Below, piece after piece: positions 22,918 through 29,887 of a DNA stretch of 29,887 bases (the stretch's first letter is position 1; each line of letters opens with the position of its first letter). The DNA is from Geosiphon pyriformis uo1. Lineage: Eukaryota; Fungi; Glomeromycota. The notes below the pieces were generated by a model. The model was not told where the DNA came from. It ran no database searches and saw nothing but the letters and a program-made list of their open reading frames with translations. The translations under genes were made by a program, and so were the position numbers. The DNA is taken from the NCBI GenBank assembly GCA_016748015.1, contig JAAOMT010000183.1, forward strand, positions 143,314 through 173,200, in the 5' to 3' direction.

Positions 22918-24244
22918 CAGGGGGGTATAAAAAGTATTGGACACTTAATATAATATATAAAAAAGGCTATATATTATAATACCATTACCAATTTAGGCCA
23001 TAATTTTTTTTATAATTACTTATAGTTATAATCTACAAATCAACATAAATCGCGTCCTTGTAAAACACAACAGTGGATCATACGCGTATATATAAAATAT
23101 CAAACATTCTTATCATGAAAAAATTTACCGCATCAAATGTGTCTTGAAAAAGAACTTTCTGAATACCAAAAAGGAGGGATTATTTCAGTAAAAAAGTTAG
23201 GACTTACAAACAGTGAGATTTTCACGACTATTGGATGTTCACGTTCTTCTGTAATACATGTATGGAAGTCATATGAGCTAAAAAAACTTCCTAAAAAACG
23301 AACGGGCCGACCACAAATTCTTGACAAACGCGCACGTGAACAACTCAAATATTCAATAATGGAGAATAAAGAAACCCGCCGCCAAACTCTTTTTCAAATA
23401 CAACAAATCTATTTCTATACAAACTATTTGAAATGGATTAGCTCAAGAAGGACTTCGCTCGTGTATTCCTCGTCTCAAGCCATTAATTTCCAAATCAAAT
23501 AAAAAAAACATTTACAATTGGTTCGTACTTATGAAAATTGGACAGTAGAAGATTTTAAACGAGTTGTTTGGTCAGATGAATCTACATATACACAATTTAG
23601 AACTACAGGATTTGGACGTGTATGGCGTAAACCTTCCGAAGAGTTTCATAAGGATTGTATTGCAGCCACAGTTAGAAAAAGCTTTGGTCGCATGTTTTGG
23701 GGATGTTTTTCATGGGTTGGTTTGGGTCCTTTAGTTCCTTTGGTTGGTTATATTACTGGAGTTATACACTATGAAACCTTGGCTAATTATGCAATTCCTA
23801 CAGTAAAACTTCATGCAAAAAAAACTAAAAAAAAGTTTTTTTTTCAGGAATACAATGCACCAATCCACACATCAAAAGTTGCGCGTTCTTTTCTTACCTC
23901 TTCAAATGTTGAATTACTTCCTTGGCCAGCACAAAGTCCTGATATTACTTCAATAGAAAATCTTTGGTCATATATTGAAGTTAAAATTCGTCAACATAAT
24001 TCACAACTCTCAAATATTGTACAATTGGGTTAAAGAAGAATGGGATGCGATACCTGTAAATTACTATCGTAATTTGATCAAGTCTATGCCACGTCAAGTT
24101 CAAGCTATTTTTGAAGCAAATGGAGGTCAAACAAACAAAATACTAACATGTATTTTAATATAATAATAAAAAATTAACGATTCATAAGTTAGTTCTTTTA
24201 TATAACATAATATAAAAGTGTCCAATATTTTTTATACCCCCCTG
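22918..24244 (+). mobile_element. Tc1/mariner (DD34E) DNA transposon, 1327 bp, non-autonomous
   Basis: 29-bp TIRs CAGGGGGGTATAAAAA(G/A)TATTGGACACTT (22918-22946 and 24216-24244, one mismatch); TA duplication at 22916-22917 and 24245-24246; empty site GTCATA-TA-CTTATCCCG in the paralogue near 16190. Confidence 0.97.
23137..24163 (+). pseudogene. Tc1-family transposase pseudogene
   Basis: HTH region with KRTGRP linker; VVWSDES, FQEYNAPIH and WPAQSPDITSIENLW with 34 residues between the second catalytic position and E. Second Asp replaced by Tyr (TAC at 23851), TGA at 23429, frameshifts near 23410, 23505 and 24030. Confidence 0.95.
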
Positions 24245-24748
24245 TACTTATCCCGAGGTGAAGTCACATGTTAATCTGCGCGATCGATTAATTCGGAGTC
24301 TTTAAAATTCCGCATCATTAAACATTTTCTCTGAGAGATCATTCTCAAAGGACTCTGCAACTTGCTGCAATCAAATCGCCTCCAAAGATCAGAGCCTCTA
24401 TTTGAAAAGCATGAAATATCATTCATCATTTTGGCAAATATTGTACTTTCCCATCTTTGGTTGACTGCAAGTATAAATAGAAATAATTATTGATCTTCTC
24501 AATGGGTTGGATGAGATCCAATAAGATTCGCAATTGCAATGATAAACCCCATATACTATTAATTTTTAAAAGAAAAAAAAAGCAAGCTATAAAATTTCCT
24601 TGCAAGAATAAAAAACCTTTATACATTTTTAAAAATTAATGAATATTTTCTTTGAAAATTTTCTACTTTAACAAATTTTTACAAGTTTTTTTTTTTAAGG
24701 GAAAAATTTTTCATATTGCGCTTCACGATACTGTAGTTTCTTTCATAA

Positions 24749-25246
24749 ATGGATGGCGTGTGTATAAAACTAGCATTGAGAAGACTATTTCAAGGAGTTC
24801 ACTCCATCTGAGTGGTCGCTCATCTCTTTCTTGAGATGGAGGTTGCGGTTTACTTGTTCAATGAGCATGCCAATTGAATATAGTTACCGGAAGAACCGTG
24901 TTGAAAACATCAGTAATGATATCGATATATATGAAGAATCTGTTATGCAGAAAGCTCAAGAATTGATATCTTTATTTAAGGTGAAAAGTTTAATGATATT
25001 AACAAGCTTTGATCCTACTATTTTGTTATGAATCTTGGTAGGATGGTTCAGTCTATTGCTGAAAACATTTGAAGGGTCACTAAGCCAAGCCAAGTAATAG
25101 CTCACTGAGCTTTGTCCAGTTTGTTTAATGGCGCTTGGCAGGCCATAAGTTTAAACTTTTGGTAGGATAGCTCAGTCTGTTGCTGGACACATTTGGATGG
25201 TCGCTGAGCCAGACCAAGTGATAAGTTGTAGTGCATCCATCAATGG
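24749..25246 (+). pseudogene. Decayed 5' portion of a hypothetical gene with a duplicated exon-like segment
   Basis: Removing two dinucleotide stutters restores MDGVYKTSIEDYFKEFTPSEWSLISFLRWRL...VMQKAQELISLFK followed by AAG|GTGAAA (24981); two similar segments start after TGGTAG at about 25041 and 25165; GTATGT near 25246. Confidence 0.4.
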
Positions 25247-25577
25247 TATGTGTTTCTATAGTTACAGTCATTATTAGCTTGAATTTGTTGTTGATTTATC
25301 GCCGCCATATTTTAAGTAAAAGATTTAGAAGAAAATATATTGAATCAATCCAACTATGAATAGAAAATGTTAAAATACGGCTTCTGTAAATTTTGTGCTG
25401 GCGGAATTAAGATTTCGAAAGAGCTTTTTATACAGTCATGAGAAAATCAAATGCAAAAAAAACACCGCCAATAAATATCTGGAAGCGTCTGTGTAACTTG
25501 TATGACACGACACAATTTTAAAATTAGTTGAATCATTTCCTTTCTTGACTTGGATCATCGAAATTTATCTTTGACAA

Positions 25578-26442
25578 ATGTTATAATGCTTTGTTTTTGA
25601 GCGAGATTACCTATTTAAAACATTTTTTACTCAAGTATCCCCAATAATCCTACGAGCAAAATTGAGTCTTTTATCATCGACAAACAAAGTCAGAAGATAC
25701 AAACTATGGTCCGAGAAAGAAAAAAGCAAGTGATTTGAAGCTGTGAGGATCTACGGTTCAAAGTGGAGTTACTTACCAAATCATATTTTCCAGACAGAAG
25801 AAGCGATAGTGTTTGTAAAAAGTATCAAAATGAGATTAGAAAATTAGCTAGCAAAAAAGATTCATTACCGATGACCAAATTTCTACAAAAAAGTGCTCGG
25901 TGGACAGTTGAAGAATCTGAAAAACTCATTGAGGCAGTTAAAAAGCATGGTAGAAATTGGAAATTACTATCTTATCTGGTTTTTGATTCACAGAAGACAG
26001 CCAGGAGCTTGGAATTGAAGATCAAGTATCTCCAAGCAAGTTACTTATGACGACTAGTGAACTACAAACGCTCGAATTGGCCATTGAACATCATGGTCAC
26101 AATTGGAATGATATCTCTTCCAAGTATTTTAATTCGAACAGAGCCCTAGCTACTTTGAAGGGTAAATATTACAAATTGAAATTCAAAGAAAGGATTATTA
26201 ATCAAATCTCTAACAAGAAACACTTATCACATTCTTCCAATATCTCTCCTTATGATCTAACTCAAATCGAAAACCCCTATATCAAGGAGCTTTCTTTTTT
26301 CCTAGTCATCAATTTCATTCTTCAAATAAAGAACTTTTCTTCACACACGAAAAACAAATCAAATCTCCCGAATTCCCCTTTTCAAAATTGTAAACAATCC
26401 CAAAAAAATAGGAAATTCAAAATTACTAGAAATGCTAATTGA
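25578..26442 (+). pseudogene. Three-repeat Myb paralogue, pseudogene
   Basis: Frame from ATG 25578 has TAA at 25584 and TGA at 25731 within KLWSEKEKSK*FEAVRIYGSKW; a frameshift near 25766 leads into ELLTKSYFPDRRS...WTVEESEKLIEAVKKHGRNW; a second near 26048 leads into (W)TTSELQTLELAIEHHGHNW. Collinear with the gene at 4056. Confidence 0.85.
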
Positions 26443-29400
26443 ATTTAAACACTGTCGAGAAATTAGGCACCTGTTAATATATAATTTTTTCAAACCCGTT
26501 GCTGGATAGACAATTTGATTCTCCCAAAATTGGTAGAGAAGACCTTTAAAGAACTTATGGTACTCGAAAAATTTTAATTAATTGTTACTGAGGAGTCACC
26601 AACTGTCGCAAGGAAATTAATATTATAAAACGTTATTTATAATTGAAATTAGATTATTTTGGTTGCAGAAAATTATTAAATTTATTCATTGCTAAGGGTT
26701 TTTATTTTTTGCGGAGAAATAAAACCCGATATTTTCATAAAATAGTTGTGCATTGTTTCTTTGTGTTTTGACATATTTATGCTGTTTATTTTCAGAATCA
26801 AATTATGCTTAGTCAACAGACTGAATGTTGAGCTTAAACGCTTTGGAAAAAGCAAAATGTTAATTTTATTAAAACAAGTAATTTAAAATCTTAAAAGACA
26901 TAAAGTGATATATATTTGTATTGTTGAAAAGTAATATTTCAACTTAAAAAAAAATTGAATTTTATAATTTATCCACTTGGCAAAAAACATGAAAATTGTT
27001 CACTAGACTAAAGTTTTTTAATTTTAAAAATATGAAATAAACTAGTAATGATTCCAAATAAAATAAATCCCATTTCGTAAATAAGTAATTCCTCCTGAAT
27101 TAAAAGAAATCATAATAAGAATAAGACTCTTTACTATCATAAAGGTGGTTGAAATAAAGTTTACGATATGTATAATATATCAAGGTCAAATACACAGGTT
27201 TCCATAAGCACAAAATTTAAAGATATTTTATACTTCTGTACTAAATAAATTTCTTTGAATAATGATTTTTTCATTTATCTTCGCATTTTAAAATTTTGCA
27301 TACATTGTTGAGCACGTATACACCTTTTTTGCATTTAAGTATGAAATATTAATTGTGGTTGTTGGTACAATGGCATATTAAGACATCAGATTACGTTTGC
27401 CTTCTTTTGATAAATACATTTAGACTTTTGTAAAATGGTATTTTGTCAAATATCATCTCTAAACTGGCTTAAAGATGATTGATAAAATTAGATTTCATAA
27501 TGCAATAAATAATTTTGTTTAAAATATTTCCGAAAGTAATTTCGGTTTTAAAAAATAGTTTGACATTATATATTCCGCTACATTTTTTTTTGGTTAATAT
27601 CTTGACTACTAAAATTGTTAAATATTGAATTTTACTATAAATTTAATTTGAACCTGCGGTCAGGGAACATGCGATAATTAAATAAATTAAGTTGAATAAT
27701 ATTGGTTACACGACAATCTCTAGTTTCAGAGTTTTTTATCATGAAAACTGAATCGATGTGAATCGGGACCACTAATGGAATAAGTTTTTTCTATCATCCT
27801 GACTAATTACGTCATTAAAATTGACGGTTTAATCAATTTGTTATATTAACTCCTTTAAACCAGTAAGAGGCAAGCTAAATAAAGTTTTTTGTGAAGATTA
27901 TTAAGCATTTCAATAAATATAATTAATCTCTTTGAAGGCCAAGCAATCATAAACTAATAGTTCAAATTTGAAATAGTCTTTAATAGCGAGAAGTACATTA
28001 TATATGGGTAATTAACTTGTAATAAAGTTTACTTCCTTTTTTATCATAGTAAAGCGTGCTGGTTGTTACTGAAATCTTTCAAGATTTTCAAATCAGGTCT
28101 CTAAATTAGTTTCTGACGATCTTTGAATAATAATATTAATAATCTAGTTTTATTAAATAATTCCTAAAAATCTATAATGGAAAACTGGGCCGCCAGCTTT
28201 CCTGATAGAAATCATTTTGCAACTTACTAAAAGGAGACTAATATTATTAAATAAACAGAGAAGAAATGCCAAAATAGAAAACCGACGATATTTGGCTAAT
28301 GACTAATTCTAAGTGTTAAGTCTGCTGATATATTGGTTTTAATATTAATTTATAATAGGGAAATAATATACATTTCAAAAAACTGAGATTTTATTGCTAA
28401 AATTTAATATTATAATGAAGTAAAAATATTTTGAGTAATAATATAACAATTATTAAGTTAAAACTTAAATAAAAGGTAAAATAATAATTAGTAAACATAC
28501 AATTAATTTTTAACCTATTCAGTTACAATTTTAATTTTAATTAATTATTATTTGAATATTAAATAATATTTTTCAAATTAAATGGTAAAGAAAATATTAT
28601 TTTTTCAGTATTGATAAAAGCTCATTATATAATTTTTATTTATATAAAATAATAATATTTATATTTATTTATGAATTTTGTTATCTCAATTTATATATTC
28701 TTAAAATTATTTATCTGCATACAAGTTTTATGAAAATATATTGGCAAAATAGACATAATGTTAAAATTTTGTTAATTTACAAAAATCTAATTGTTTAAGA
28801 TATTAATAGGATAATAAATTTTATTTCCTTGTTAATTAAGTTTTAATTAATTTATTCAAATATTATAATTAATAATTATTTAGAATTTGAAGAATTGTAA
28901 ATAAAAGTTTACTTAACTTAAATTAATTAAAATTAATTTATGGATATTAATTATATGTAACGTTCTTTGTAACACTTTTTAATAAATCATATGAATAATA
29001 AAACACCTGGTTTTTTAAAATAAAATTTAAGAAATTTCAGATTATTTTCTATTTGATTGTTTTTAAGATAAAAATAACCAATATTTTTTTACATACTATA
29101 AAGTCCCGAAAATAAGTAATCCTCTGCGTCATCAATTTGAACCGAATTTGAGATGAGTTGCTAATTAAAAGTTTCGACTGAGAAATTAAATATAATTTGA
29201 TCAAATGGTAATGCTCAAATCGTTAATTATATTATTAAATCTTAGCCCTAACATGCATACACTGTAGGTTTGAATTTAATCCATTGAAATGGTAAAATTA
29301 GCTTAGCTCAAAGAGAAACTGAGAGCTAACAAAAATAATAAATGAAAAGCGGGCATTAATAAAACTTTTCTGCTTTATTATTAAATATAAAAATGCCTTT

Positions 29401-29887
29401 AAACAGTATCCAAGCAAATTTATGATATTTGATTAATAATGATAGGGATCTTATGATTGAATCATACAGTATTTTTATGCTTCACACGAAGCCTAAATTA
29501 TGTTCTTGTTGTTTTTACTGTTGTTCTACAAATAAATTGACTAACTTATTTAGGCGGCAAGACAATGCGACAATTGGAAACTTGTTTGGCGCGTAGCATA
29601 GCTACTTAAATTTGGTCATAGTTAAACCCTATTTGATATTATTGATTTGTATCGAATCACAGTCTAATGAATGAGGTTAATAAATTAATTTGTTAAGAAA
29701 AGCTAAGGCAATTCTTATTCCAATCTGATCACTTGGGGTGGAGACTATGAGAACATAGAAAAACAACATAAATAAGAACTCGCCTTTAGACAAATTACTT
29801 CCTAATCTACTATCAAATGAAGGTTTAAAGAACTTCTCTTCGAATAATAATATATTCACATTTTATCTTTTTGCCCTTTTGTTCTTT

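Noticed and set aside
25035-25225. CRISPR-like or RNA-gene interpretation of the direct repeat
   Set aside because: Only two diverged units, eukaryotic context, no cas genes and no tRNA-like fold.
26500-29887. Right-hand 3.4 kb including the ORF at 29677-29859
   Set aside because: Very AT-rich, with no supported gene, TIR pair or repeat array found by eye.

Overview
AT-rich, intron-containing eukaryotic DNA with two scaffold gaps (1246-1873, 15725-15744). The gene content points to an early-diverging fungus, most likely Glomeromycotina (inference). Apparently intact or partial genes: a multi-intron Crinkler-type P-loop ATPase running off the left edge, a three-repeat Myb protein with a mitochondrial-presequence-like N-terminus, a two-finger C2H2 transcription factor of Msn2/4-SteA type, an acidic orphan ORF, and two BTB/POZ-TLDc paralogues. 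A decayed DD34E Tc1 element with 29-bp TIRs sits 76 nt upstream of the second BTB-TLDc copy, and the first copy preserves the empty TA site. Two further Myb paralogues survive as pseudogenes, one invisible in the ORF track. The best leads are (i) a possible organelle-targeted Myb-repeat family in birth-and-death turnover and (ii) a BTB-TLDc pair with a near-identical 5' half and patchily diverged TLDc half. All alignments and counts were done by eye; no database search was run.
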